DNA of 64,000 bases. It comes from an uncultured Verrucomicrobiota bacterium. GTDB lineage: Bacteria > Verrucomicrobiota > Kiritimatiellia > RFP12 > UBA3636. The position numbers and the translations under genes are program-made. The DNA lies in contig CALDQE010000025.1 in the NCBI GenBank assembly GCA_937911295.1, forward strand, positions 47,750 to 111,749. Direction: 5' to 3'. This document shows, one piece after another, positions 25,208 to 35,714 of this stretch; positions within the stretch are counted from its first letter, which is position 1; each line of letters begins with the position of its first letter. The notes under the pieces are model-generated. The model saw only the letters and a program-made list of their open reading frames with translations, had not been told where the DNA came from and searched no databases.

Positions 25208-27007
25208 TTAACCTACAGTTGCTAGTGTATCGCCAGTGTTGAACTTATCACCCTGAGCAACAGACATTGTTACAGTACCATCACATGGAGCCTTGATTTC
25301 CATCTCCATCTTCATAGCTTCGATAACCATGATAACTTCGTCCTTAGCAACAGAAGCACCATTGTCTGCAACCATACGTAGAACTAGGCCTGGCATTGGA
25401 GCCTTAACCGGCTCGCCATTGCCTGCTGCAGGAGCTGTGCTAGCTGCCTTGATGCCATCTGCGATTGCAACTGTGTATTTCTTGCCATTAACTGTTGCAG
25501 CACCATCTGCAAGAGAAACGCCATAAGCCTTACCATTAACTGTTACTGTGAACTCATTACCTGTTGAAGCAGCAGCTGGCTTAGCAGCAGCACCCTTGCG
25601 AACACCATTAGGAGCCTTTGCAGGATCCTTCAAGTATGCAATACCCTTCTCCTGGCAAGAAGCAGCAATAAATACATTCTCATCTGTAATAGGTAGACCT
25701 GCATCTGCAAGTGCCTTCTCTGCTACAGCACGACCCTTCTTCTCATCCTTATCATTGATAGAAAGAACTGTCTCTGTTGTAGGAGCAAGACCTAGCTGCT
25801 CAGAAGCAATCTTTACGATTTCTGGGTCTGGTGTTACAGGTGTCTTACCGAAGTAACCAAGAACCATCTTACCATAGCCTGGAGCAATCTTCTTCCACTT
25901 GCCGAACATAACGTTGTTCATAGCCTGCTGTACATAAAACTGAGATACAGGTGTAACAGAAGTACCAAAACCACCTAGACGAACAGCATCATACATCTCT
26001 TCAATCATCTGATCATACTTGTCCATCATATTGTTATCGCGCATCATCTGTGTATTCGCTGTTAGAGCACCACCTGGCATTGGAGACCAAATGATGTTAG
26101 GATTTACAGCAGTTGCCTCAGGTGGTAGGAAGTACTCTGCCATCTGGTCACGGAAAATCTGCTCTGCAGCACGAATCTTCTCAATATCGATGCCCTCTAA
26201 CTCATAATCAGAGCCCTCAAGAGCGTGCCACATTGTGATGATATCTGGCTGGCAAGTACCGCCAGAAACTGGAGACATAGAAAGGTCAAGACCATCTGCA
26301 CCACCCTCTAGAGCAGCTAGGTAGCAAGCAATACCATTACCAGCTGTCTCGTGTGTGTGGAACTGAATGTGCTTATCACCAACTAGCTTACGAGCAAGCT
26401 TAATTGTCTCGCGAACTGTCCATGGAGAAGAAGTACCAGAAGCATCCTTGAAGCATAGACGATCAAATGGAATACCAGCATCAATAATCTTCTTTACGCG
26501 GTCAGCATAAAATTCAGGAGTGTGTGCACCCTTGTTGTCAACACCAGGAGGAAGACCCATCATTGTAACAACAACCTCGTGCTTTAGACCAGCATCGTGA
26601 ATGCACTGACCAGACCACTTTAGGTTTTCAACATCGTTTAGAGCATCGAAGTTACGAATTGAAGACATACCATGCTTCTTGAACATATCAGCGTGTAACT
26701 TGATGATGTCTGATGACTGAGAATCTAGACCAACAACGTTTACACCGCGAGAAAGAGTCTGAAGATCTGCCTCTGGGCATGTTGCACGGAAGAGGTCCAT
26801 TACATCAAAAGCATCCTCTTGGCAGTAGAAGTAGCAAGACTGGAAGCGAGCACCGCCACCTGCCTCGAACCAGCGAATACCGGCATCATAAGCAGCCTTT
26901 ACAGCTGGCATAAAATCCTTTGAAAAAACACGAGCACCGTAAACAGACTGAAAACCGTCACGGAATGCTGTACACATAATCTTAATTTGTTTTTTGGCCA
27001 TTGCCAA
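25208..27007 (-). CDS. oadA: Oxaloacetate decarboxylase alpha subunit (carboxyltransferase plus biotinyl domain)
   Basis: The carboxyltransferase TIM-barrel domain is present, and the C-terminal biotin-attachment motif is EAMKMEMEI. Confidence 0.9.
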   Translation of the reverse strand: MAMAKKQIKIMCTAFRDGFQSVYGARVFSKDFMPAVKAAYDAGIRWFEAGGGARFQSCYFYCQEDAFDVMDLFRATCPEADLQTLSRGVNVVGLDSQSSDIIKLHADMFKKHGMSSIRNFDALNDVENLKWSGQCIHDAGLKHEVVVTMMGLPPGVDNKGAHTPEFYADRVKKIIDAGIPFDRLCFKDASGTSSPWTVRETIKLARKLVGDKHIQFHTHETAGNGIACYLAALEGGADGLDLSMSPVSGGTCQPDIITMWHALEGSDYELEGIDIEKIRAAEQIFRDQMAEYFLPPEATAVNPNIIWSPMPGGALTANTQMMRDNNMMDKYDQMIEEMYDAVRLGGFGTSVTPVSQFYVQQAMNNVMFGKWKKIAPGYGKMVLGYFGKTPVTPDPEIVKIASEQLGLAPTTETVLSINDKDEKKGRAVAEKALADAGLPITDENVFIAASCQEKGIAYLKDPAKAPNGVRKGAAAKPAAASTGNEFTVTVNGKAYGVSLADGAATVNGKKYTVAIADGIKAASTAPAAGNGEPVKAPMPGLVLRMVADNGASVAKDEVIMVIEAMKMEMEIKAPCDGTVTMSVAQGDKFNTGDTLATVG

Positions 27008-27050
27008 TCTCCTTGATATTTGTGGTTAAAAAATTGTTTTAGTTAAATTA

Positions 27051-27281
27051 TTACTTACCTGCGCGCTTCATTGCAACAGCGATTGCAACTGCTACTGCCT
27101 CATCATCTGCGGCTGCAGTTGGCTTCTTTGGTGCTGCTGGCTCTGGGTCAGGCATCATAAAGCTTAGCTTAGGTGTGACTTTAGCCATTAGCGACATGAC
27201 GACGATAAGGATGAGAAGAAATAAAAATACTGATCCCATACCTGCAGCCATCAAAATAAGTGATTGTGTAATCATTTCCAT
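27051..27281 (-). CDS. oadG: Oxaloacetate decarboxylase gamma subunit
   Basis: It is a 76-aa single-TM protein, SVFLFLLILIVVMSLM, with an Ala/Pro-rich tail, and it is the first gene of the oadGAB operon. Confidence 0.6.
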   Translation of the reverse strand: MEMITQSLILMAAGMGSVFLFLLILIVVMSLMAKVTPKLSFMMPDPEPAAPKKPTAAADDEAVAVAIAVAMKRAGK

Positions 27282-27904
27282 AATTAATGTACTCCTGAAT
27301 GTTGAAATAAACGCCGTTTAATTATACATATTTATAAAGAAAATCACAAGCGAAAAATAAAAAAAGTGCACAAAGAAATCGTTTGATAGTGAGACTAGAA
27401 ATAAATTTGAAGATTGGGTCGATCAGTATCAAAAAAAACAACCAGAAACACGCTATTTGTGGCGCTCCCCCACCCAGCTTTAAGCTGAAATTTTTGATAA
27501 AGATTCATCAACCTTCTAGGGGGAATTAAACCGAGGAAAATAACAACAAGAAGATGAAAATCAATGACTTTTGAATGATTATCCTAGGCGAAAAATCAAA
27601 GAAAAAATCTGCTAAACAAATGCTCGAAAAAGTTTATGGAATTTATATCATTCAGTGCTAGAAAACAAACAAAAATCAAGCCAATAGCTTCTACAAAAAG
27701 CTATTACTTGCACTACTCTTTTATAGCTAAAATATAAATTTTACACAAAATCGACACAATATTCAAATTTGATTAACTTATTTATAATAAACAACTTAAA
27801 TAATATTTATGCTACACAACAACCAGCTTCGGGCAAATTACACTTGTAAGTTTTAGTATAATATGAGAAAATGAATAAAAATTATTTAAAGACAAATATT
27901 TACT

Positions 27905-28882
27905 ATGACATATATAAAATCATTCTTCAAAAATTGTGCTGGTGCATACATTGCTCTAGCTATTTTGCTCATAATTTGTTGCATTTCTAATGAAAGCTTT
28001 AGAACCGTAACAAATTTAACAAACATTTTACGCCAATGCTCATATAGTGGCATTATTGCTCTTGGCATGACATATATTATTATTGCTGGAGGCATTGATC
28101 TAGCAGTAGGCTCTCTTTTTGCTCTTTGCGGCGTTGTCACGATAAACACAACCCTAGCAATTGCTGCGGCAGGTGTTTCTCCTATAGCAGCAACACTTAT
28201 AGGCTGCCTTGCAGGTGTTGGCTTAGGCATACTTGGAGGTGCAATAAATGGTGCACTCGTAAACCTTGGAAAGCTTCCCCCTTTTATTGCTACACTCGGC
28301 ACCTATTCTATTTATCGATCTCTGGCACTTTATTTTGCAAACTCAGGCACAGTCAACTGCATGAGCAACAATCAAATAGAGGCTTGCTTCTTAAATATTG
28401 GAAGCTCTTCATTCTTGTCCCTTGCAACACCAGTATGGATAATGCTTATCTTCGCAATCGTCCTAGAGCTCATCCTTTGCTTCACACGATATGGCAAATA
28501 TACTTTGGCTACAGGTGCAAGCGAGCGCGTATCTCAGTTTTCAGGTATCAACACATCACTAATGCGTTTTGGCAGCTATGCTATCGTTGGCCTATGTGTA
28601 GGTGTCGCAGCAATACTATTCTGCGGAAGAATGGGTGCAATTCAATCCTCAAATGCCGGACAATTCTATGAGCTAGACGCTATTGCCGCTGTGGTTATTG
28701 GTGGTGCGTCTATGGCTGGTGGTAAGGGCTGCATTCGTGGAACAATTGCCGGTGTTCTAATACTTGGCATTGTTTCTACAATCCTTGATTTCTGGCACAT
28801 TTCCCCTGCCCTTCAAGGAACCGTTAAGGGCTTAGTAATTCTAATTTCTGTTTTAACACAAAGAAAACAAAAGGCAAAATAA
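27905..28882 (+). CDS. Sugar ABC transporter permease (RbsC/XylH-like, CUT2 family)
   Basis: It is polytopic, and GIDLAVGSLFALCGVV...AGVLILGIVSTILD is typical of ribose-type permeases. Confidence 0.8.
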   Translation: MTYIKSFFKNCAGAYIALAILLIICCISNESFRTVTNLTNILRQCSYSGIIALGMTYIIIAGGIDLAVGSLFALCGVVTINTTLAIAAAGVSPIAATLIGCLAGVGLGILGGAINGALVNLGKLPPFIATLGTYSIYRSLALYFANSGTVNCMSNNQIEACFLNIGSSSFLSLATPVWIMLIFAIVLELILCFTRYGKYTLATGASERVSQFSGINTSLMRFGSYAIVGLCVGVAAILFCGRMGAIQSSNAGQFYELDAIAAVVIGGASMAGGKGCIRGTIAGVLILGIVSTILDFWHISPALQGTVKGLVILISVLTQRKQKAK

Positions 28883-29838
28883 TGAAAATAAAATCTATTA
28901 TTAAATTCACACTTGTTGCAATGGCTAGTGCTGTTGTTTTTATGGGTTGTTCTAATGGTCCTAAAAAGCCAACAATCGCAATTAGCATTCCTAGTGCTGA
29001 TCATGGTTGGACAGGTGGCGTTGTATTTTGGGCAAATAAGGCAAAAGCAGAGCTTGAAGCAAAATACCCTAATTACAATATCGTTGTTTCAGCAACAGCA
29101 AATTCTTCTGACCAATTTTCAAGCATTGAAAATCTAATGGTACAAGATATTAAGGCACTTGTTATTCTTCCACATGAGCCAGCTCCTTTGACACCAATTT
29201 GCCAGACAGCAAAAAACAAGGGCATTAAGCTGGTAGTTGTTGACCGTAATCTAGCAAAGCCTATTGAGGATTTAGCTGTTGTAGGTGACAATCCTGGCTT
29301 TGGGCGCGTTGCTGGAGAGCAGATTGCAAAGGCACTAGATGGCAAGGGTAAGGTTGCAATAATGCAAGGTGTTCTTTGCCAAGTAAACACTGATCGTGTA
29401 GAAGCATTTAAAGCAGTAATGGCACAATATCCTGAGATTGAAATTATAGAAGAAGGTATTTCTGATTGGAATACAGAAAAAGGTCTAAAGCTAATGGAGA
29501 ACTATTTGCAAATGCACCAGCAGATTGATGCTGTATGGACCGGCGATGACGATGTTCTTCTAGGTGCATTAAAGGCTTACGGTGAGTCTGGGCGTACTGA
29601 TGTTAAGACAATGCTTGGTGGTGGTGGCAGCAAGCTTATCATCAAGAAAATCATTGATAAGGATCCGCTAGTAACCCAAACAGTTACATATCCACCAAAA
29701 ATGATTTATCATGCTGCAGAGGAAGCAATCAAGCTTCTTGAGGGCAATGTTCCTGCGGAGAAGAAGCTGGTAATTCCTGCTGAGGTTGTTGATGCATCAA
29801 ATGCAGAAGCAAACTACTACCCAGAATCAGCATACTAA
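28882..29838 (+). CDS. Periplasmic sugar-binding lipoprotein (RbsB-like)
   Basis: It has the lipobox FMGCSNG, the periplasmic-binding fold pattern KLVVVDRNL and the motif VWTGDDDVLLGAL. Its start overlaps the permease stop. Confidence 0.8.
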   Translation: MKIKSIIKFTLVAMASAVVFMGCSNGPKKPTIAISIPSADHGWTGGVVFWANKAKAELEAKYPNYNIVVSATANSSDQFSSIENLMVQDIKALVILPHEPAPLTPICQTAKNKGIKLVVVDRNLAKPIEDLAVVGDNPGFGRVAGEQIAKALDGKGKVAIMQGVLCQVNTDRVEAFKAVMAQYPEIEIIEEGISDWNTEKGLKLMENYLQMHQQIDAVWTGDDDVLLGALKAYGESGRTDVKTMLGGGGSKLIIKKIIDKDPLVTQTVTYPPKMIYHAAEEAIKLLEGNVPAEKKLVIPAEVVDASNAEANYYPESAY

Positions 29839-29862
29839 TCAAGCACGCAATTTTCAGCTATA

Positions 29863-29895
29863 AAAAAAGGTGAGCAGCCCCACTGCTCACCTTTT
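29863..29895 (+). terminator. Rho-independent terminator after the sugar-binding protein gene
   Basis: aaaaaaaggtgagcagccccactgctcaccttttttttgcc is a perfect 9-bp stem followed by a T8 run. Confidence 0.75.
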
Positions 29896-29976
29896 TTTTG
29901 CCCTCAATAATAAATTCAATTTCACCTTTGCACAAAATCCTCTTTTGGTTACTGGGAGAACACATTTGTGCAGAAT

Positions 29977-30007
29977 GACAGGCTAGGGACAGAGCCCCAA
30001 CCCTACG
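29977..30007 (+). repeat. Copy 1 of a 31-nt intergenic motif, gacagagccccaaccctacgatatagcttat
   Basis: 26 of 31 positions are identical to the copy at 35684..35714. Both copies are intergenic, in the same orientation, and they flank the metK-ahcY-murF-OMP operon. Confidence 0.4.
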
Positions 30008-30073
30008 ATATAGCTTATTATTTCTTTACCTATGAGAGTGGTGAATCCGCCTGCCGCACACGAGCATTTTCAC

Positions 30074-31387
30074 TTAGAATTTAAGCATTATCTCCCAACG
30101 AAGAAAATATGCGGTCTTGCCTGAATTATAATAATCATCTGGATCAAGAACCTCACCCAAAACATAACAATTCACATTGTCTAACAATGGAAAAGAATAT
30201 TTTGCTGTGCCCAACCAACCACGGTTTGAGCCACCTCCTGCGCCATTCTTCTCTTCTGCAAAAAGAGGTCCTGCCGTTAGCTTAACCTTATGCTTATTTT
30301 CAAAGGTGTAGCCAGTCTCCAAATAACATTGCAATAAATTATTCCATGTGCCTACACCATCACCATCATAAGCAAAAATCATTAGCTCGCTAATCCAAGG
30401 ATATCGCCCAAATAGAACATTAAAGTCCTCACGCTCATCTGTGCTGTCGGAATCGTCTCCACTCATATAAACAGCATTTGCAGAAACATAAAATCCAGCA
30501 GCTGGGTCAATTGTATATTTCAAGCCTCCGCAAGCAAACAATGCATTGCGGTCATAATCTGTAGATTCACCATATTGATAAGCAAGCTCTAAATCTGCAG
30601 AAAATTCATCAGAAAACTTTGGCTTCAAATAAAATCCAGCAGTATGAATATCCTCATTATCCTGATAATCACCCTTTGCATTTACCCATGCGGTATCGTG
30701 CTTCCACACATAATAAACACCATATTCACAAGCAGCATTTGCTCTGTCAGAATAAAACACACCAGCAGCTACTTCATCCATTGAATTGTAGCCACCCGCA
30801 TAGCCTGTAACATCGCGATGCTCATGACCAATCGCCAATTCATCCTCACATTGAGTATAAAAACCAAAAATATCAAGCACGCGCTTCTCTGCAATTGGAA
30901 AGGTTAGGCGAACACCATCAAAATATGAGCTACGAGAGCCATCCTTAGCTGTACCATCGGCAAACAATCTACCACTGCCTAGCACCGCATCTTGGCGTCC
31001 AATTCGAAGCACTGAACCATCAACAAACAAATCTTTAATAGTTAAATAAAGATTATCTAGCACTAGCTCATCTGGAAATTTATAGGATTCCTGACCAACA
31101 TTCTTATGGCGAAATTCATTTATCAAGCGAAAATCAAGCGAGGTATTTATTTCCTTAAAAGCTACGCCACCCCAAGCTCTAGGACGAATACGAAAATAAT
31201 TATTATTTCCTCCACGAGTTACTCCGCCTGGCATTATTGGGATATTATCAAATGCTTCTTGTCGAAGCCTTAAATCGGCACCATAACGAAATTCAACAGC
31301 CTTCGCTTCCTCTAGCTTTGGCTCCTGTGCTCCCATCAATGCACTTGTCACCCCTGCCACAACACCTAACAAATATCTTTTCATCAT
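30074..31387 (-). CDS. Probable outer-membrane beta-barrel protein (porin-like)
   Basis: It has a signal peptide, MMKRYLLGVVAGVTSALMGAQE, alternating amphipathic beta-strand-like segments, and a C-terminal aromatic residue (EIMLKF). Confidence 0.45.
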   Translation of the reverse strand: MMKRYLLGVVAGVTSALMGAQEPKLEEAKAVEFRYGADLRLRQEAFDNIPIMPGGVTRGGNNNYFRIRPRAWGGVAFKEINTSLDFRLINEFRHKNVGQESYKFPDELVLDNLYLTIKDLFVDGSVLRIGRQDAVLGSGRLFADGTAKDGSRSSYFDGVRLTFPIAEKRVLDIFGFYTQCEDELAIGHEHRDVTGYAGGYNSMDEVAAGVFYSDRANAACEYGVYYVWKHDTAWVNAKGDYQDNEDIHTAGFYLKPKFSDEFSADLELAYQYGESTDYDRNALFACGGLKYTIDPAAGFYVSANAVYMSGDDSDSTDEREDFNVLFGRYPWISELMIFAYDGDGVGTWNNLLQCYLETGYTFENKHKVKLTAGPLFAEEKNGAGGGSNRGWLGTAKYSFPLLDNVNCYVLGEVLDPDDYYNSGKTAYFLRWEIMLKF

Positions 31388-31402
31388 TTCACCTTATACT
31401 AT

Positions 31403-32821
31403 CTAAATCTCCAGCAAAGCTTCTAACGCCATTCCACGTGAAGCCTTGATTAAAATAGTATCCTCTGGCTTTAAAATGCCTCGTGCATAAAGAGCTTCCT
31501 TGGCTTGAGCGACAGATTCAAATCCGAGTATAGACTCATCAGACATACCCGCTGCTATTGCTCCTTGCACCATTGCCTCTTTAGAGACGGCACCTATTGC
31601 CACAAATAAATCAATTTGTGAAGCACAGCGTCCAACCACCTCGCCTACCTGCCTATGATACATTGGCGAATTTTCACCAAGCTCAAACATATCCCCTAGA
31701 ACAACTATTTTTCGGGCAGGAGCCTTTAGCTTTGCAAAGGTCTCCACAGCTTTGCTCATCGAAAGCGGATTTGCATTATAGGCATCATTTATCCAATGAT
31801 AGTCAAACTTCTCTATTCTTTCCCAACGCATTTTTGCATCAGACACAATAGGACACGCAGCCACTAGCTTTGACAAAGCTATACCATATTCGTGTGCAAC
31901 AGCTGCCCCCTGCAAAATATTTATTAGCTGGTGCTCTCCAATAAGACCTGTTGGAAGAGAAGCCGCTTCTCCATCCTTTGAGCAACAAATTTTTACTTCA
32001 CCAGTGGCAGAGTCAAAGGCAGTAGCATAATAATCTGCGGAGCAATCTCCTACCCTGCCACTAACTGTAACAACGCGTGCCTGCACTTGTCCTGCCAGAT
32101 AATCAAAAAAATCGCTATTTTTATCTAGCACCACAAAGCCATTAGAAGGGACAGAGCGAAGCAAATCTGCCTTTTCATTAGCTATTCCAGCTAATCCATC
32201 TTTAAAATTCGCAATGTGGCATGGTGCGATATTGGTTAGAATAGCTGCATTTGGAGCAATAATTCGTGCTAATGGAGCAATTTCACCGGGGTGATTTGTT
32301 CCTGTTTCCAACACAGCACAGCGAGAAGTCTCCGACATTGCAAGAATACTCTTTGGAACACCAAAATTATTATTCCAATTACCTGGTGTTTTAAAGGTAG
32401 ACGCTGCCACAGAAAGAAATGCTGCGGTAATTTCCTTTACAGTGGTTTTACCAACACTGCCAGTTAGTCCAACAATCCAAGGGGCAAGCTTTTTCTTCCA
32501 GCCTATGGCTAGATTATTAAGAGCTTCGTGAGTATCATTTACACGAACGGCAATATGCACAGCATCACCCTTAAAGGCTGCTGATTTATCAATAAGCACG
32601 GCTCTTGCACCTGCTTCAAGGGCTTTCCCAGCAAAAAGATTTCCATCAAAGGCAGAACCCTTCAAGGCGATAAAGAGTTTACCCTCTAAAGGCAATCGCG
32701 TATCAGTTTCGATACCATCAAAAGAGACATTTACAAAAGACACATCAGGAGAAGCATCGACTGACCCTCCTGTCCAATCACACAGCTCCTGCAAAGAGAA
32801 CATCGCTACTCCTTTAATCAA
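31403..32821 (-). CDS. murF: UDP-N-acetylmuramoyl-tripeptide--D-alanyl-D-alanine ligase
   Basis: It has GLTGSVGKTTVKE (P-loop), the Mur ligase middle and C-terminal regions, and DTRLPLEGKLFIALKG. The true start may be the internal MFSLQEL. Confidence 0.85.
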   Translation of the reverse strand: MIKGVAMFSLQELCDWTGGSVDASPDVSFVNVSFDGIETDTRLPLEGKLFIALKGSAFDGNLFAGKALEAGARAVLIDKSAAFKGDAVHIAVRVNDTHEALNNLAIGWKKKLAPWIVGLTGSVGKTTVKEITAAFLSVAASTFKTPGNWNNNFGVPKSILAMSETSRCAVLETGTNHPGEIAPLARIIAPNAAILTNIAPCHIANFKDGLAGIANEKADLLRSVPSNGFVVLDKNSDFFDYLAGQVQARVVTVSGRVGDCSADYYATAFDSATGEVKICCSKDGEAASLPTGLIGEHQLINILQGAAVAHEYGIALSKLVAACPIVSDAKMRWERIEKFDYHWINDAYNANPLSMSKAVETFAKLKAPARKIVVLGDMFELGENSPMYHRQVGEVVGRCASQIDLFVAIGAVSKEAMVQGAIAAGMSDESILGFESVAQAKEALYARGILKPEDTILIKASRGMALEALLEI

Positions 32822-32831
32822 TTCTTTTTAA

Positions 32832-34253
32832 TTAGTAGCGATATGCGTCTGCCTTGAAAGGACCCTCTACTGGCACGCCTATATAATCTGCCTGCTTTTG
32901 AGTAAGTGTTGTTAGCTTTGCACCTAGCTTATCAAGATGCAAGCGTGCGACCTCCTCATCAAGCTTTTTATCGATTACATAGACACCTGGCTTACGCCCA
33001 CCTTGCCACAAATCGATTTGAGCAAGGGTCTGGTTAGTGAAGGAGCAAGACATAACGAAGCTTGGATGACCAGTTGCACAGCCAAGATTTACTAGACGAC
33101 CTTCTGCGAGCAAATAAATGCAGTGCCCATCAGGGAAGATATATTTATCCAATTGAGGTTTAATTTGCTTATGCTTAATTCCTGGCCATTTCTTTAAATC
33201 AGCCACGCGAATTTCATTATCAAAGTGACCGATATTGCATACAATTGCCTGATCCTTCATCTTAGACATATGCTCAGCCGTGATAATATCGCAGTTACCA
33301 GTTGTAGTAACATAGATATCAGCATAAGGAAGAGCATCCTCAACTGTAGCAACCTTATAGCCAGCCATACAAGCTTGTAGTGCACAGATAGGATCTACCT
33401 CAGAGCACCACACCTGAGCACGGTGATTCTTCAAGATTTCTGAGCAACCCTTACCTACATCACCATAGCCACAAACAAAAGCAATCTTTCCTGCGACCAT
33501 AACATCAGTTGCACGCTTAATGCCATCCACTAGAGACTCGCGGCAACCATATATATTGTCAAACTTTGACTTTGTAACAGAGTCATTGACATTGATTGCT
33601 GGTACAAGAAGCGTACCCTCAGCAGCCATTTTGTAAAGACGATGTACGCCTGTAGTTGTTTCCTCAGAAACACCCTTCCAGCCAGCAATTGCACGAGCGA
33701 AGAAGCCGTTGTCCTCTGCAATGCGCTCACGAATCACCTCGTAAAGATACTTTTCATCCTCGCTCTCAGGAGCCTTATCGAGTAGAGAAGGATCTTTTTC
33801 GCAAGCATAGCCAAGGTGAAGCATAAGAGTGGCATCCCCTCCATCATCAACAATTAGGTCCGGACCGACAAGAGTGCCATCCTCCTTCTTCCAGGTAAGA
33901 GCCTTGATTGTGCAATCCCAATACTCGCGAAGAGTCTCACCCTTCCAAGCAAATACAGGAGTGCCGCTTGCTGCAATTGCTGCAGCAGCCTGGTCCTGAG
34001 TGGAAAAAATATTACAGGAAGCCCAACGAAGCTCAGCACCCAGCTCGCGAAGTGTCTCAATTAGCACAGCGGTTTGGATTGTCATGTGCAGACTGCCTGA
34101 TATACGAGCACCAGCAAGAGGCTTTTGTGGTCCATACTTTGCACGAGTCGCCATCAAGCCAGGCATTTCATGCTCAGCCATCTTAATTTCTTCTCTACCC
34201 CACTCTGCCAAAGAGATATCCTTTACTTGGTATTCCATAAATTTTCCTTTCAA
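32832..34253 (-). CDS. ahcY: Adenosylhomocysteinase
   Basis: [23 protein letters not shown] and the NAD-binding stretch [18 protein letters not shown] are present. Confidence 0.9.
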   Translation of the reverse strand: MKGKFMEYQVKDISLAEWGREEIKMAEHEMPGLMATRAKYGPQKPLAGARISGSLHMTIQTAVLIETLRELGAELRWASCNIFSTQDQAAAAIAASGTPVFAWKGETLREYWDCTIKALTWKKEDGTLVGPDLIVDDGGDATLMLHLGYACEKDPSLLDKAPESEDEKYLYEVIRERIAEDNGFFARAIAGWKGVSEETTTGVHRLYKMAAEGTLLVPAINVNDSVTKSKFDNIYGCRESLVDGIKRATDVMVAGKIAFVCGYGDVGKGCSEILKNHRAQVWCSEVDPICALQACMAGYKVATVEDALPYADIYVTTTGNCDIITAEHMSKMKDQAIVCNIGHFDNEIRVADLKKWPGIKHKQIKPQLDKYIFPDGHCIYLLAEGRLVNLGCATGHPSFVMSCSFTNQTLAQIDLWQGGRKPGVYVIDKKLDEEVARLHLDKLGAKLTTLTQKQADYIGVPVEGPFKADAYRY

Positions 34254-34262
34254 ACCTTTGAA

Positions 34263-35438
34263 TTAAAATGCTGCCTTAATTGCTTCTACCTTATCGAGCT
34301 TCTCCCAAGGGAATTGAGGGCGACCGAAATGACAGCCATTTGTGCTCTCGCGATAGCTCCAGCCCTTTGGTGTCTTAAGCCCTAGCTCTTTAATTAGCAT
34401 ACCAGGACGAAAATCAAATACTTCGCCAGACTCCAAGAATGCAGCCATACGCTCCTCAGAAACATTACCTGTGCCATAGAATGAAACATTGATACTTGTT
34501 GGGCGAGCAACACCAATAGCATATGACACTTGGATTTCACAGCGTTCTGCAAAACCGGCTGCAACTATATTCTTTGCTGCATAGCGTGCATAATAAGCAG
34601 CAGAACGGTCTACCTTTGATGGGTCCTTACCAGAGAATGCTCCGCCACCATGAGCAGCCACACCACCATAGGTATCAACAATAATCTTTCGACCTGTCAA
34701 GCCTGAATCACCACAAGGACCACCAATCTCAAACTTACCTGTTGGGTTGATTAGGAATTTAGTACCAGAATTGATAAGTCCTGTATAATCAAGAGTATCC
34801 TTAGCAACATCAATTAGGTCCTTACGAATTTGCTCTAGGTCAACGCCACGTGTCTGGTGTGAAATAACAACTGTTCTAATTGCTGTTGGTTTACCACCCT
34901 CATGAAGTACACTCACTTGACTTTTTGCATCTGGACGCAAATAAGGAATCTCTCCTGCATGGCGAAGCTCAGTTAGGCGAGTAATTAGCTTATGAGATAG
35001 GACTGCTGAGGTTGGCATAAATTCAGCTGTTGCATTTGAGGCATAGCCGAACATCATACCTTGGTCACCAGCACCTTGGATATCATCGCCACCACGAGAA
35101 ACACCCTGATTGATATCAGGTGATTGACCATGGATAGCAGAGATATACTTAAATGTATCGTAGCTAAAGCCCTCTGATGGGTCATTATAACCAATATCTT
35201 TAACTACATCACGTGCAATCTGCTCATAATTTATGCGGTTATGTCCGGCACAGGTAATTTCGCCCAGGTTTACAACAAGATTATGGCCAGCCGCTGTTTC
35301 GCATGCTACATGTGACTCTGGATCTTCTGCTAGACAAGCATCTAGGATTGCATCTGAAATTTGGTCACAAACCTTATCTGGATGACCTTCTGAAACTGCC
35401 TCTGATGTAAATACATGTGTTTGGGTAAATTTGCTCAT
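34263..35438 (-). CDS. metK: S-adenosylmethionine synthetase
   Basis: FTSEAVSEGHPDKVCDQISDAILDA is present, and so is GGGAFSGKDPSKVDRSAAY. I trimmed the start to MSKFTQTH at 35438; the ORF track extends it to 35489. Confidence 0.9.
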   Translation of the reverse strand: MSKFTQTHVFTSEAVSEGHPDKVCDQISDAILDACLAEDPESHVACETAAGHNLVVNLGEITCAGHNRINYEQIARDVVKDIGYNDPSEGFSYDTFKYISAIHGQSPDINQGVSRGGDDIQGAGDQGMMFGYASNATAEFMPTSAVLSHKLITRLTELRHAGEIPYLRPDAKSQVSVLHEGGKPTAIRTVVISHQTRGVDLEQIRKDLIDVAKDTLDYTGLINSGTKFLINPTGKFEIGGPCGDSGLTGRKIIVDTYGGVAAHGGGAFSGKDPSKVDRSAAYYARYAAKNIVAAGFAERCEIQVSYAIGVARPTSINVSFYGTGNVSEERMAAFLESGEVFDFRPGMLIKELGLKTPKGWSYRESTNGCHFGRPQFPWEKLDKVEAIKAAF

Positions 35439-35683
35439 AAATAACTCTCCATAATTCGTGCAATGGCCCCAATTGGATTTACTGACCAACCAGCCAATGC
35501 GGACAAAAATTTATATGATTTTATCATATAATAAAAAAATACTAAAGCGAAAAAAGAAAAATTAACCCAAATGGGTGAAAGGAGGGGTATCAGGATTGCT
35601 TGCGTGGGGGCTATAAGTGCGAGGATATCCCGCAGAGCCGTAGAGGTGGGGGTATTTTCGGTGAAGGTTTCTTTGAAGGTTGA

Positions 35684-35714
35684 GGACAGAACCTCAACCC
35701 TACGATATTACTTA
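35684..35714 (+). repeat. Copy 2 of the 31-nt intergenic motif, gacagaacctcaaccctacgatattacttag, plus a partial third copy at 35719..35734
   Basis: It sits in a ggttgagg-acagaa-cctcaacc hairpin inside the metK leader. The partial copy gcaaccctactatatag follows directly. Confidence 0.4.

Noticed and set aside
27282-27904. A 620-bp AT-rich divergent intergenic region that could hold an sRNA or a small ORF.
   Set aside because: There is no ORF of 60 aa or longer and no convincing terminator or structured element. It most likely holds the divergent promoters for oadGAB and the sugar-transporter genes.
27886-28671. ORFs 27886..28302 on the minus strand and 28126..28671 on the plus strand.
   Set aside because: Both lie entirely within the ABC permease gene in other frames. 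The latter is Cys/Arg/Trp-rich nonsense, which is typical of off-frame translation.
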